IMG/VR virus record: IMGVR_UViG_3300037132_000276
Location: 1 to 64,000 of that record
Length of the DNA: 64,000 nt
Source: a virus
Reading direction: 5' to 3' (one strand)
Part shown: positions 46,367 through 56,559 of the stretch, one piece after another
Position numbering within the stretch: the first letter of the stretch is position 1
Layout of the letters: each line of letters begins with the position of its first letter
Position numbers and translations under genes: made by a program
The notes under the pieces: generated by a model
Database searches by the model: none
What the model saw: only the letters and a program-made list of their open reading frames with translations
What the model was told of the DNA's origin: nothing

Positions 46367-48000
46367 AATTCAGTTATCTCCCGCCATTGAGCTCTAACGT
46401 TATCAATCGCATCAAGCTCCACTTTATCAACTGTTGGGGCTGCGTTAATATATGCGTTATAGTCTTCCAATTTTGGGCTTCTGTAATCAGCCCTATATTT
46501 ATTAAGCCATTTTGCTACCAAACCTCGTGGTGCGCCTCTGGTTAATTCGGTTGTAGTCCTGAAAAATTTACCATATGCGAACTCATGCGCCATACTGCTT
46601 ATATAATATTCAACTCCTTTGTAAATTTTATCTTCGTCCGGATCCAAATATTGTTTATCTTCATATATCAACCGTTGCCCAATCTTTAAATTTTCGTCAC
46701 CAATCCATGTAATCGACCCCGATTCAAAGTATGGATAGGCATACCATTCCAGACTTTTTTCTCTCTTATCCAGTAAATAATCAAGTTCGCCTTTTGGCTT
46801 GCCTGCAATTTTGGAAAGGTCTTGTGGGCTTTTATCTTCAATGCTTTTATTGTACTCGACCCTTGATTTTTCAAAATTTACAACCGTGGAGTCTAACTGC
46901 AAATGTCTCAAACCGTATTTTTTTATACTATCAAAATTCAGCAGCGGGAAAAGCGGTCCCAACTGTCCAAACAAAGAATTTGCTGGCGCCATTACGGACT
47001 GTTGGAAATTAACCGAGAAAGAATTCTTTAACTCATAATCAGAGATGCCGGTATTGTCAACTAATCTCTGCTCGCTATTTTTTGTGATTGCTTCTACTAT
47101 ATCATCGCCGTCAAAATTTACCCATCCGGTTATCGTATCATATTTTTTACTTACATTATGCTGAGGTATATAATCTTGAAAAGAGAACGGCTTCGGTCGG
47201 ATGGTCATCGTATTATACGCAAGCCCGTCACTCCCGGTCATTGTATCGAAAAAGATCTCATAAAAATCACGATCTATACATTGATAGATGTAACTTGCTA
47301 ATGGACCTGCAAATACCGAAAGGACTGGGTTATAAAGTTGCTCGCCTTTTAGAAAGTTAAACTTGAACGTCTCAGCCTTCTTGGGATCGAAAAAGGATTT
47401 AGCCATTACGCCCGAACCCCGCGCACCAACAATAACATCTGTATTTGTTGCAATGCAGTTGTTAATAATCCATTTAACCGCTTCTTCCGGCAAGCCGCCC
47501 TGAAAAATATTAGTCATGCTTTCCGGCATGTTGCCCCGCATGCCCTCCAAAAACGATACTCTATCTTCACCAAGTTTATCAATCGCTCCGGGGGTATATC
47601 TTAATAAAGGGAAATTTATTATCTCATCTCTTATCAAAAGTTTGGGCAATAACATCGAGCAATTAATAACCAATTCCCGTCGTGTACTGTTTCCGTCCGC
47701 AGAGACTCTCGGAAAGATATTATCAATACGCCCCAAAAATGTATGTGTACTGCTATTGCTGTCTATTTTTGCAGAGACAATTGAGTTTAGTTTTAAATTT
47801 CTCTGCGCTTCATTTAGGATTGCGTTATGGATAATGCTAGTGGGCAAACCACTTGTCGCACTTGGGTTAAGGACTAATGCCATTGTTCCAATTGAGGCGT
47901 CAACTGAATTCTGAATACGTACGCTGGAAATGTACTCGCTTATATTCTGATAACCCAGCTCGTTCCATATTTCTACAAGAGGTTCAATTTTTCTGATCAT
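46363..48000 (-). CDS. Baseplate hub protein
   Basis: After tape measure; KKYGLR, GSIT..GD..LKIGQRL, YYISS..HEF, T..LTRG. Confidence 0.8.
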   Translation of the reverse strand: MIRKIEPLVEIWNELGYQNISEYISSVRIQNSVDASIGTMALVLNPSATSGLPTSIIHNAILNEAQRNLKLNSIVSAKIDSNSSTHTFLGRIDNIFPRVSADGNSTRRELVINCSMLLPKLLIRDEIINFPLLRYTPGAIDKLGEDRVSFLEGMRGNMPESMTNIFQGGLPEEAVKWIINNCIATNTDVIVGARGSGVMAKSFFDPKKAETFKFNFLKGEQLYNPVLSVFAGPLASYIYQCIDRDFYEIFFDTMTGSDGLAYNTMTIRPKPFSFQDYIPQHNVSKKYDTITGWVNFDGDDIVEAITKNSEQRLVDNTGISDYELKNSFSVNFQQSVMAPANSLFGQLGPLFPLLNFDSIKKYGLRHLQLDSTVVNFEKSRVEYNKSIEDKSPQDLSKIAGKPKGELDYLLDKREKSLEWYAYPYFESGSITWIGDENLKIGQRLIYEDKQYLDPDEDKIYKGVEYYISSMAHEFAYGKFFRTTTELTRGAPRGLVAKWLNKYRADYRSPKLEDYNAYINAAPTVDKVELDAIDNVRAQWREITEL

Positions 48001-48083
48001 ATTTCGCCTGAGTTTCGAATCATTTTACTTGCTGCTTTTATTTCAATTCTTTATTTTGCACTTAAACTTAATTCGGTTCAACT

Positions 48084-48371
48084 ATGGCGCTTATAACTTG
48101 TAAAGAATGTGGCAAAAGCATCAGCGACACAACCGCTCGTTGCCCTAATTGTGGAGCGCCTAGAAGTAAAGCAGTTGGAATATCGTCCGGACGTAAAACT
48201 GTCGATATACTAGGTGGCATATTTTTTATTTTGTTATGCATCGTCTCGGGATTCTATCCTTTTTATGTTGGTTATCCAAAAGATTTTCCAGAATGTTTTC
48301 TCGCTTCATTTGTCTTGCTGATAATTGGTATAACATTTATTGTAGGGGCTCTTAAAACTCCATTAAAATAA
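48084..48371 (+). CDS. Zn-ribbon membrane protein (antisense moron)
   Basis: MALITCKECGKSISD..RCPNCGAP plus two TM helices. Confidence 0.85.
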   Translation: MALITCKECGKSISDTTARCPNCGAPRSKAVGISSGRKTVDILGGIFFILLCIVSGFYPFYVGYPKDFPECFLASFVLLIIGITFIVGALKTPLK

Positions 48372-48373
48372 CT

Positions 48374-51300
48374 TCAATGCCCTCCACCAAAAATTGAATT
48401 AGCGTTTCTACCCATATTCTCCATATGCTCGCTTGTAATTCCGTTAGCGGTCCTATCATGAATTATAATTTCTTTCGGATCATTACCGTTTTGTTGGTTA
48501 GTTAAAGCATATGAAATAGCCCTCGCTAATCTATCGTAATCAAAATGCTGAATGGCATTATCTTTTTCGGCGATTTTTGATTTATCGTTTGGCTCAAAAA
48601 AAGAATGTTCTTTTCCAATAGGAAAATATTTATTTACTGGATCTTCCTTTTGTCCCGCTATTTTTTTTGCTATCATCTCGCGCTTGGTCCATGATTCTAT
48701 GTCCAAGTTATTTACGTGGCCTAACATTTCAGTTTGTCGAGGCTGTAATTCTTTTATAAGTGCTTCAAGCTTTTTATGATTGTCTAACTTTATCTGTGGC
48801 GTTTCTTCCTGTTTTGACCTTGTGTTTATTCCTAAATCCTTCGCCCGCTCTTCATTTATTTGCGGTTTCGGAAGCTCTTTTACTGCCCTCTCTTTCGCTG
48901 GGGTTTCAAGTTCTTTGTGCTGCTCAAACTTTATCTCTGGGTGGATAGGCGCCGGTTCTGTTTTTATTTTTATTCCTAAATCCTCTGCATGTTTGATGTC
49001 TATCGGTTTCGGAAGCTCTTTTACTGCCCTCTCTTTCGCTGGGGTTTCAAGTTCTTTGTGCTGCTCTATTTTTGCATGAATTATTTCCGGTTTACTGGCG
49101 CTATTGTATGGGAGATAGTCAAAGTGATTCGGATCCGGTTTATCAACAAACTTCCCATCCTCCCATGATTTTTTAAAATCACCGCCCCATCTGATATTGT
49201 TCTCTTTCGCGTACTCTTCAAATAAAGTATTCAGCGCAGGATCTTTTGGAATATCGTATTTGGGAATTTTTATCATTTTGCCTTGTTCATTTACCTTAAA
49301 GGCTTCGATATCCATCGCCCCCTCGGTTTCTGAATTTTTATAATGGGGTGAGTTTGGTGCATGTCCTTTGCCGGTTGGGTCATATCCTTCCAGGAGATTA
49401 ACCAAATATTCACCGCGTGTATTCTCGGCAACAAATTCCCGTAACCTTTCAGAATTCTTTTTTACCCAACCCGCGGCAACTTCATTATGCTTGTCCTTTA
49501 TCTCTCCAAATCTTGTTTTATATGCATCAGAGCCCTCTAGATAATCCGCGCCTTTTGGTGGTGGAGCAATACCGAGGTCTTTCATAATTCTTTGGGCAAT
49601 CGTATCCATATCACCAATTGTAGCCGTCATTTTTTTCATGAATAATTCGTGATATTCCGCGCTGCTTCCCATTTTATTCCAAAATTCAGTGCTGGCTGTT
49701 GACATGTCATAAACAGTTGTACGCCATTTATCTGCCGCCTCATTTATTGTCCGCGCAATCTTTTCTTCCCGCGTTAATGATTCGGGAACGGCATTTTTAG
49801 CGGCTATATCATAATCTCCTTTATTCATTGCCTTAAATTTTGATTCGCCCATAAATGCATCAAAATCTTCTTGAGTAAATCCGTTTGGGTGCTCAGCAAT
49901 CTTTTTAGCAATGTCTGGTATCATACCCGCAGTTGGAATACTACTATCTTTGGTAGCATGAAGTCTTCTTTCTATAAGCCATTCATCACCTCCGAAATCC
50001 CTATTCATTTGACGAGCAATATCATTAAAATTTTCTACGCTGCCCATTATGCCTAGTTTTTTCCGCTCGGCAAATTTATTGAGATCGCCTCCCCCATATG
50101 CATTATATAGCCAAGCGTCTTCAGCTGGAGACCCAGGTTTGCCAAGCGAGTCGATGGCATTTAATCCTTGTGCTGCTTTGTCGCCGAGGCGACCGAAAGG
50201 TGAATCTTTTCCGAAAATCAGACTAGGCAACAATCCTATTTGTGATGCTTCACGGGTATCCATATTCATATTGACGTCAAGCATTTTTTCGTTGATGTCT
50301 TTTAACGCATTTAAAACATCAACAATCCTTTGTGAGCTTACATTCTCGCCATAGGTGCTCGTTGCAATCTTTCGCGCGTCTTCAAGTCCGGAAATTCCAA
50401 CATTTTGACCTGTCATTCTTGCTGATAAATTTAGCGAATAAATTGCATTCGGATCAATCCCCTTTGCACGGGCAAATGTTGTTTGTTCCCCATACAGTTC
50501 TTCATCCCATTTTCCACGTTGATCAGAAAAAGTGTTACGCATTCTCAACTTTTCTTCCGGCATATAGCCAAGACCTTCATCGACGTTTGATGAGAATGCC
50601 TCATTGCCAAGCCGCACTCTAGTCCTGGCGCGTTCGATATCATAACCCCTACTTTGTCCAACATATCCGCTTAGCGTTCCTGAACTTTCATTGAAAAATT
50701 TTAATTCTTCTTCTATCTCCATTCGCTTTCTTATATTTCCCTTGTCACCAAGTTCTGCAACTTTAGCGCCTTCTGATTGGCCGGTCATATATCCGCTTAT
50801 TCCACCAAGAATAGCGCCCCCTGCTATGCCCCACGGTCCAGCAGCAGTACCAATTTTTGCACCCAGCAAAGCTCCACCTAAAGCCCCGGCTCCCATACCG
50901 ATGATCCCGCCCCCTAATTCATAGTCACGTGTTCTTTCAGTTGTATATTTGAACGCTTCATTTTGTTGGCGTGCGTTGTACATCGCAAGCGGCGAACTAA
51001 AATCAAATGATGTACGTTCACGGGCGGCAACCTGCTCGGTCTTTGTTTCATATCTTAATCCTGCGTCAATTGCAACTCCCGCTAATGTAAGAACTCCGGC
51101 AGCGCGTAAACTCTGCAAAAGATTCCCGCTTCCCTTGCCCGCCTTCTCGATCTCATCTGAAAAATCTTTCATTCTCAGTTTTGCGGCTTCGATGTCATCG
51201 CCCATAGTTTTAAATACCCGATCGCCAAATTCAGTACCCGCGAATTTCTCCTTAGCTTCCTGCTGCATTTCCTCCATTTGCTGTACGGCAATGCGCTCTT

Positions 51301-51934
51301 CTTTCAGATATCTCTGTCCTCGGGCTTTTGTATATCCACCCTCGGCAATGTCGTATTCTAAATTTTTATGTCTTTGAAATTGTTCCTTCTCGATTGAACC
51401 AACTTTACGCATGTAGTCCTGAGCAAAATTAATCTGTTCAAGTTTTCCGGTTATATCTGGTATTTTTTGTGTGGCTTCTGCTGCGCCTTGTTTTGCTGAC
51501 GCGCGCAATATCTCTTTATGTGCCGGGTCGATATCTTTAAAATATTCTTCATCTAGCTGTGAGGGGATAAACTCAGTTCCTAAAGCAGCATAATCACTTC
51601 CAAGTTTTGTAAACTTTTTATTATAACTTGTTGTTTGTGCCCGAGTTAATTTTCCACTTTCAAGTGCAAGTTTGTAATCGGAAATGAGAGTTTTTTCGCT
51701 CGCTTGGATTTTTTCGAATTCAAATGAATCCTCTATCTTTGTAAGATGTTCAAGCTTTTTCGATTGCTGCGGAGTGAGCCCTTCTTGAAAAGCTGGACTC
51801 TGGATAGTCTCGCTCATTCGGTTAGAAATCGAAGAAGGGAGATTTGAAATTTCTGCTTTTAGTTGGTCTGCTCCCTCCAGAACCGGGAGTATGCGGGCAC
51901 GGATGCCTATGGAGAGTTCATTATTTTCGTTCAA
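48374..51934 (-). CDS. Tape measure protein with C-terminal M15-like peptidase motif
   Basis: After tube and chaperone; helical with Gly-rich TM segment; SPH..AMDI..WGGDF..DPNHF. Confidence 0.85.
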   Translation of the reverse strand: MNENNELSIGIRARILPVLEGADQLKAEISNLPSSISNRMSETIQSPAFQEGLTPQQSKKLEHLTKIEDSFEFEKIQASEKTLISDYKLALESGKLTRAQTTSYNKKFTKLGSDYAALGTEFIPSQLDEEYFKDIDPAHKEILRASAKQGAAEATQKIPDITGKLEQINFAQDYMRKVGSIEKEQFQRHKNLEYDIAEGGYTKARGQRYLKEERIAVQQMEEMQQEAKEKFAGTEFGDRVFKTMGDDIEAAKLRMKDFSDEIEKAGKGSGNLLQSLRAAGVLTLAGVAIDAGLRYETKTEQVAARERTSFDFSSPLAMYNARQQNEAFKYTTERTRDYELGGGIIGMGAGALGGALLGAKIGTAAGPWGIAGGAILGGISGYMTGQSEGAKVAELGDKGNIRKRMEIEEELKFFNESSGTLSGYVGQSRGYDIERARTRVRLGNEAFSSNVDEGLGYMPEEKLRMRNTFSDQRGKWDEELYGEQTTFARAKGIDPNAIYSLNLSARMTGQNVGISGLEDARKIATSTYGENVSSQRIVDVLNALKDINEKMLDVNMNMDTREASQIGLLPSLIFGKDSPFGRLGDKAAQGLNAIDSLGKPGSPAEDAWLYNAYGGGDLNKFAERKKLGIMGSVENFNDIARQMNRDFGGDEWLIERRLHATKDSSIPTAGMIPDIAKKIAEHPNGFTQEDFDAFMGESKFKAMNKGDYDIAAKNAVPESLTREEKIARTINEAADKWRTTVYDMSTASTEFWNKMGSSAEYHELFMKKMTATIGDMDTIAQRIMKDLGIAPPPKGADYLEGSDAYKTRFGEIKDKHNEVAAGWVKKNSERLREFVAENTRGEYLVNLLEGYDPTGKGHAPNSPHYKNSETEGAMDIEAFKVNEQGKMIKIPKYDIPKDPALNTLFEEYAKENNIRWGGDFKKSWEDGKFVDKPDPNHFDYLPYNSASKPEIIHAKIEQHKELETPAKERAVKELPKPIDIKHAEDLGIKIKTEPAPIHPEIKFEQHKELETPAKERAVKELPKPQINEERAKDLGINTRSKQEETPQIKLDNHKKLEALIKELQPRQTEMLGHVNNLDIESWTKREMIAKKIAGQKEDPVNKYFPIGKEHSFFEPNDKSKIAEKDNAIQHFDYDRLARAISYALTNQQNGNDPKEIIIHDRTANGITSEHMENMGRNANSIFGGGH
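48863..49066. repeat. 63-bp perfect direct repeat inside the tape measure gene (141-bp period)
   Basis: 48863-48925 equals 49004-49066; encodes EQHKELETPAKERAVKELPKP. Confidence 0.95.
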
Positions 51935-52281
51935 AGTTTTACAACCTCAATGTGTTTTAATGATTCTTTGAATACTTCATTTTCCTTTGCATCATAATTT
52001 GGATCTGCTGCTTTTTGCTTTAACATCTCTTCGATTACGGTTCCGGACCCGATATTTTCTAAATAGGATTTTGCTTTGTAGTCGTTATAATCACCATAGA
52101 TCTGTGTTTCGTTAGATGTTAAATATCGCTCATCGTTGCTTGAATAATTAAAGTGGTCTTTCCACCATCGTATAATATCGGTTTTATATTCTTTTAAGTA
52201 ATTTTGAAAATCAGCAGATAAAAGTTGCTGATCCTCATTTAACGACGACAGTCGTTTTAGCTTGCTCAGCCTGTTGACGAA
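51931..52281 (-). CDS. Frameshift extension of tail assembly chaperone (GT-like), not in ORF track
   Basis: 116 open codons (FVNRLSK...IIRWWKDHFNYSSNDERYL...EVVKL) entered at AAATTTTTTCG; stop overlaps the tape measure start (TTGA). Confidence 0.8.
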   Translation of the reverse strand, partial: FVNRLSKLKRLSSLNEDQQLLSADFQNYLKEYKTDIIRWWKDHFNYSSNDERYLTSNETQIYGDYNDYKAKSYLENIGSGTVIEEMLKQKAADPNYDAKENEVFKESLKHIEVVKL

Positions 52282-52798
52282 AAAATTTGCGTCTTTCGTT
52301 CACCATACCTGTGATCTTTAAGAGTTCGGTTTCCGTTTGCTGGAAGAATTCAAACCCATCCGGTTTATCTATACACATTACTTTAAGAAAAGCATATTCG
52401 CCCACACGCATCCGATCCTCGATAAGACCTATATACATATCATAATATTGATTTTTGAAAATTTCTTTGTAAAGTTTATTAAACGCGGTTATTTCTTCAT
52501 CTGTTTTCGGATTGGCAAGTTTTGTGACTTCGGCAAGTTTGTTTTTAAATTCCTCTTCGCCATATTTTTCATTATTGAACTGAATATGCTTATCATAAAA
52601 AGTAAATGCATGATTCTCGAGGCTTATAATTTTCTCAATTCCCCCGAGTAATTCTGCTGCTTCATTTTTAATCTGAATTTTTTCAACAACATTTGGTTCG
52701 GCGTTAAATACAAACGTTAACTCTTCTTCTTTCTTCGCCCCATTAGTCAGCCAATTGCCTTTAATTTTTTTTACTTCAATCTTCTCCCGTTCTGCCAT
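52235..52798 (-). CDS. Tail assembly chaperone
   Basis: Between tube and tape measure; slippery AAA TTT TTT CGT near the 3' end. Confidence 0.8.
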   Translation of the reverse strand: MAEREKIEVKKIKGNWLTNGAKKEEELTFVFNAEPNVVEKIQIKNEAAELLGGIEKIISLENHAFTFYDKHIQFNNEKYGEEEFKNKLAEVTKLANPKTDEEITAFNKLYKEIFKNQYYDMYIGLIEDRMRVGEYAFLKVMCIDKPDGFEFFQQTETELLKITGMVNERRKFFRQQAEQAKTTVVVK

Positions 52799-52823
52799 TT
52801 TATTCCCTCGAATTTATATTTGT

Positions 52824-52857
52824 AAAAATCCCCTCTCGCATTTTAAGCGAGAGGGAT
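52824..52857 (-). terminator. Intrinsic terminator after tail tube gene
   Basis: CCCTCTCGC/GCGAGAGGG 9-bp stem followed by a T-run on the minus strand. Confidence 0.75.
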
Positions 52858-52882
52858 AAAAATGAAATCATCTTAATGAGAC

Positions 52883-53452
52883 TTAAGAGCCAACTGCTGC
52901 TGGATAAGCCCCATGATCGGCGCTTGCCTGCGCAAGTCCCGGATTATCTGCTAACCATTCTAACCCGGTTAACCTCTCCAAATAGAGCATAGTGCCGTTT
53001 CTCATGTATTTTGTATTTGCATTCCACTGTCCGCTTTGGGCCTGAATTTTCACCTGGCGAAAAACATCTAGAACAAGTCCATTCAATTCAGCTCTTTCGT
53101 GAGATGCTATCTGAACCATACATTGAAGATAGTCACCCTTACCCAAATTGCGATAAGTTGGAAGACTATCATTTAGATGGAAGAAATACATACTCTGAAA
53201 TGATAGTTGGCCCGGGAGCATGGCGCCTTCCACAATTTCGATCACACGTCTTTCTGCCCATTCGGGCTCGGCTACAATTTGATATTGCTCGTTCCACGTA
53301 ATACCACTCCCTCTGGCAACAAGATTATTCTTGCCATCTGAGATTGTAAATCTTAAACTTGTGCCGTGGTGTTGCTGATAGTAAATATCTTTGTTGGAGA
53401 CGGTCCCTATCTTCACCGGTAGCGGCAACAAAACTCCTGTTGGATCTGGCAT
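52883..53452 (-). CDS. Tail tube protein
   Basis: Directly after sheath; beta-rich 189 aa; followed by terminator. Confidence 0.75.
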   Translation of the reverse strand: MPDPTGVLLPLPVKIGTVSNKDIYYQQHHGTSLRFTISDGKNNLVARGSGITWNEQYQIVAEPEWAERRVIEIVEGAMLPGQLSFQSMYFFHLNDSLPTYRNLGKGDYLQCMVQIASHERAELNGLVLDVFRQVKIQAQSGQWNANTKYMRNGTMLYLERLTGLEWLADNPGLAQASADHGAYPAAVGS

Positions 53453-53499
53453 AGTTAATTACTCCTATATTATTTATAAACTTTTATGTGTTATGTTCC

Positions 53500-55218
53500 T
53501 TACGATAATATTTTTACTACAAGTTCAAATCCAACAAAATCTGTTGCATCAAGAGGGATAATTTCCGGTTTTGTTTTTACCGCATTTCCCTCGCGCCATG
53601 CATCAATCATTCTGCGAGCGGTTATATATCCTTCACTTAAATATTTATCCAGGATTGCTAAACCTTGCAGTGATGCTTGAGCCGGTCCGTAACCATTCGC
53701 ACCCACCCCTACTTGCATTTGATTTTTGTACCCTTCATAAACAAAGTCAACAATCTGACGTTGCATAGTTAAATAACTATGTGCGCCGTCTACGGTCCAG
53801 ACTGTTGCATGATTCTGCCATGTATTTACACCCTGAACGATAAAGTAGCCATTAGCCCCTGTGCCAACTATCAACACACCGGCTGCCAGGAAGTTTGCTG
53901 TTTCAGTTGCTTTGTTGCTTTCACCAAAGAATTTCTCGACCGTGGTGGCTGGGACAACATCGCTGGTGAAATTATTCAAAACGGAATTTGCGCTGATCAT
54001 TCCGGCATGAAGAGGGGCAAGGCTCATATAAGCTGCTTTACCATTTATGCCCATGCCGGCAAGAATAACATCATCACTGTTAAGTGCTTTTGCCCTGGTG
54101 ATTGGATCGGTTACCGAGGTCAATGCTATGTCTCCAAGCGCGCAACCTGTTATAACCTGAATACTGTATTGAATAGTATTCCGGAGAGTCGCGGCAAGCG
54201 CACTATAAACTGCATGAACCGATGCGCTGCTGGATAGCACTCCAACCAAACGGAGTCTTACTTTGGTGTAATTTGTAAATTGTTCGAAAAACTGTCCCGC
54301 AGATGCCGCAAATGTGTCAAAACTTCCACCGCCGGTTTCCGTAGCAACCGGACTTGTTCCCTTAGTTGCGCTGGCAATTATCTGAAAGAATATTTTGGCT
54401 AATGTTGTGGGTACAGTTCCTGCATAGTTGTTTCTGCTCGCGGTTAAAATCTGACCGGAAGAGATCCAGTTAATAACATCGGTGATTGTCACCGTACTGT
54501 CAAAAGTTTTCACCTCTTGCCGATCGGTATCTTCCAGGAAAATGCGTCCGTAATCAGTTGTTGCGTATACCGCTGTTGGAAGATCAGCGACCCTGATCTT
54601 ATTGTTTACGGTGTCAATTTCGGCAATAGTTGTGGCTTGCGCGGTAGAAGAGGCATTACTCCAGAGTTTGATTGCCTGATTTACAGCCAGCCCTTCAACG
54701 TCATCCAAAGTCAGCCAGGTAGATGTAGTAGCGGTGTTAGCCGTCAAAAATTTTGTAAGCTTTGGAGGGATAACGGTGATCGTCGGTTTGCTACTTGCTG
54801 TGGCGATGGTGATTGAAATATCGTTGCCCGCGGCACCGAAGTATTTGTCTTTCGGCACGATGTCAAACGTGGTTACCGGTGTACCTGCGTTATCCATTAT
54901 AGTAGCCGATCCGTTGGTTAACGGCGCAATATTCACAAAATTTACTACTCCTGCACCGCCCTGAGCTGCATATTCCGCCGCCCTGGTTAAATCCGATGAA
55001 CCGAACCAATCTTTAGCATCGGCTATGCTACTGAATGATTTAATAAATTCATAAGATTTTCTTGTTGCGCTTGACGTGGAAGGCAATCCTTTTCTTGCAC
55101 TTCCCACAAAAATCAAGTTGTTAAACGCGGGTAATGATACACTGCCCAAGTTTACAACTTCTATAGTCCCATAAGCTCCCGGGACCGTGTAAGTTTTGCC
55201 ACCGATTGTAATTGGCAT
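53500..55218 (-). CDS. Contractile tail sheath protein
   Basis: Y.VPGAY N-terminus, FG..GNDISI, AGVL, IVQGVNTW, C-terminal sheath fold pattern. Confidence 0.9.
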   Translation of the reverse strand: MPITIGGKTYTVPGAYGTIEVVNLGSVSLPAFNNLIFVGSARKGLPSTSSATRKSYEFIKSFSSIADAKDWFGSSDLTRAAEYAAQGGAGVVNFVNIAPLTNGSATIMDNAGTPVTTFDIVPKDKYFGAAGNDISITIATASSKPTITVIPPKLTKFLTANTATTSTWLTLDDVEGLAVNQAIKLWSNASSTAQATTIAEIDTVNNKIRVADLPTAVYATTDYGRIFLEDTDRQEVKTFDSTVTITDVINWISSGQILTASRNNYAGTVPTTLAKIFFQIIASATKGTSPVATETGGGSFDTFAASAGQFFEQFTNYTKVRLRLVGVLSSSASVHAVYSALAATLRNTIQYSIQVITGCALGDIALTSVTDPITRAKALNSDDVILAGMGINGKAAYMSLAPLHAGMISANSVLNNFTSDVVPATTVEKFFGESNKATETANFLAAGVLIVGTGANGYFIVQGVNTWQNHATVWTVDGAHSYLTMQRQIVDFVYEGYKNQMQVGVGANGYGPAQASLQGLAILDKYLSEGYITARRMIDAWREGNAVKTKPEIIPLDATDFVGFELVVKILS

Positions 55219-55272
55219 ATTGTTACTCTCCTTTGTTAATTAATAAAATAATCTCTTATATGCTTTAGTATG

Positions 55273-55542
55273 TTATAGCTGAGCGACTATCGCTTCCCAT
55301 TCTGCAAATGTTTTTTCGGTTATGTTATTTTGACCGACATAATGAGCTAACCTTGCCGCTACCATCCACGATAAATCTTTAGCGCTAACAAACGCCTCTG
55401 CGCCGATTAAAACCTCTTCCGGTTTTGGCTGCCCTGCTGCTGGTTTTCCTTCAGCCATTGGCTGTTTATTGATCGCTGATTGTTGGTCGCTGATTGCAGA
55501 CGATAAATCGCCGAATGATGAAATCTTGTTATCTTTAGCCAT
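55273..55542 (-). CDS. Small virion-associated protein upstream of sheath
   Basis: Position; GGAG RBS. Confidence 0.65.
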   Translation of the reverse strand: MAKDNKISSFGDLSSAISDQQSAINKQPMAEGKPAAGQPKPEEVLIGAEAFVSAKDLSWMVAARLAHYVGQNNITEKTFAEWEAIVAQL

Positions 55543-55543
55543 T

Positions 55544-56482
55544 TCACTCTCCTATTACTAATTGATTTTGATCTACTTCATGTTCGTCAATTTCCAGATC
55601 GTCAACACGAACTTCATTTTCTATTTCATGAGCGAATATCACAGTCACTCCAACTGCATTCTCGCCGTGTATTGTTGGATTATAATAATCACCCTCAACC
55701 GTCACCTGACAATTATTGACCTTATAATTTCCTAGTGCTTTTATTAATCTCTCAAGTTGAAGTTTGTAGGCGCGGAACATGTTAGACACAAGATCACGTC
55801 TATCCGTTCCGGCCGTTGTGACAAATGTCGCTCTTATCAAATCGTTATCGGTACTACCGTATATTGTTCCCTGCCCATCCTCATTTTTCAGGTGTCCCCA
55901 ATAATCATGTTTGGTGGATCCGTTTATTCTCTCGATCATTATCCAGTTTTCATTCGGCTGACCAATCATAAATTGTTTATAAATTCCAATATCTCTTGTC
56001 AGATACATTTTATCACCGGAAATGTTTTTAACCGCATCAAACAATTTTTTAATTGCTTTGGCTGTTAAGTCTTTCCCATCCTGGATCCTTACCAATGCAG
56101 TAGGCAGCGGGGTTGCATTGGCGGAAAGCGGAGCGCTTACTTCTTTTGTGGTTTCGTCGCGGATAACCGCTTTGTAATAATATTTGGTATCGTTAAGAAC
56201 TATAAAGTTTGAATAGATGTAAGTATCTTCTTTTGTGGACTTAAATTTATCGAAAACAAAAAGTCCATTATAATTATATCCGGTTAGATCATCTATATGC
56301 GTAAAATAATTGTTGATTTCATCTTGCGAAACGTCGGTTAGGCTTCTTTGGAATATATAAACTTTCCAACTAAGTGGTCGGTCGGCAGGCGTTTGCCAAA
56401 GTATATCGAGCTGATTGCCAAACTGTTTAGCTATAACTTCAAATTTTTCAAGCGAGGTTACCGCCATGTTGCTTCTCTGCAT
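55544..56482 (-). CDS. Tail terminator/completion-like protein with N-terminal FN3-like domain
   Basis: L.W..P, YYYKA..S N-terminal domain; position before sheath. Confidence 0.55.
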   Translation of the reverse strand: MQRSNMAVTSLEKFEVIAKQFGNQLDILWQTPADRPLSWKVYIFQRSLTDVSQDEINNYFTHIDDLTGYNYNGLFVFDKFKSTKEDTYIYSNFIVLNDTKYYYKAVIRDETTKEVSAPLSANATPLPTALVRIQDGKDLTAKAIKKLFDAVKNISGDKMYLTRDIGIYKQFMIGQPNENWIMIERINGSTKHDYWGHLKNEDGQGTIYGSTDNDLIRATFVTTAGTDRRDLVSNMFRAYKLQLERLIKALGNYKVNNCQVTVEGDYYNPTIHGENAVGVTVIFAHEIENEVRVDDLEIDEHEVDQNQLVIGE

Positions 56483-56559
56483 TATGCACGAACTTGTAAT
56501 TCGTGATTATGTGGAAATACATTTTTGTAAATACAATGGATAAATAATTAAAAGTGGGA

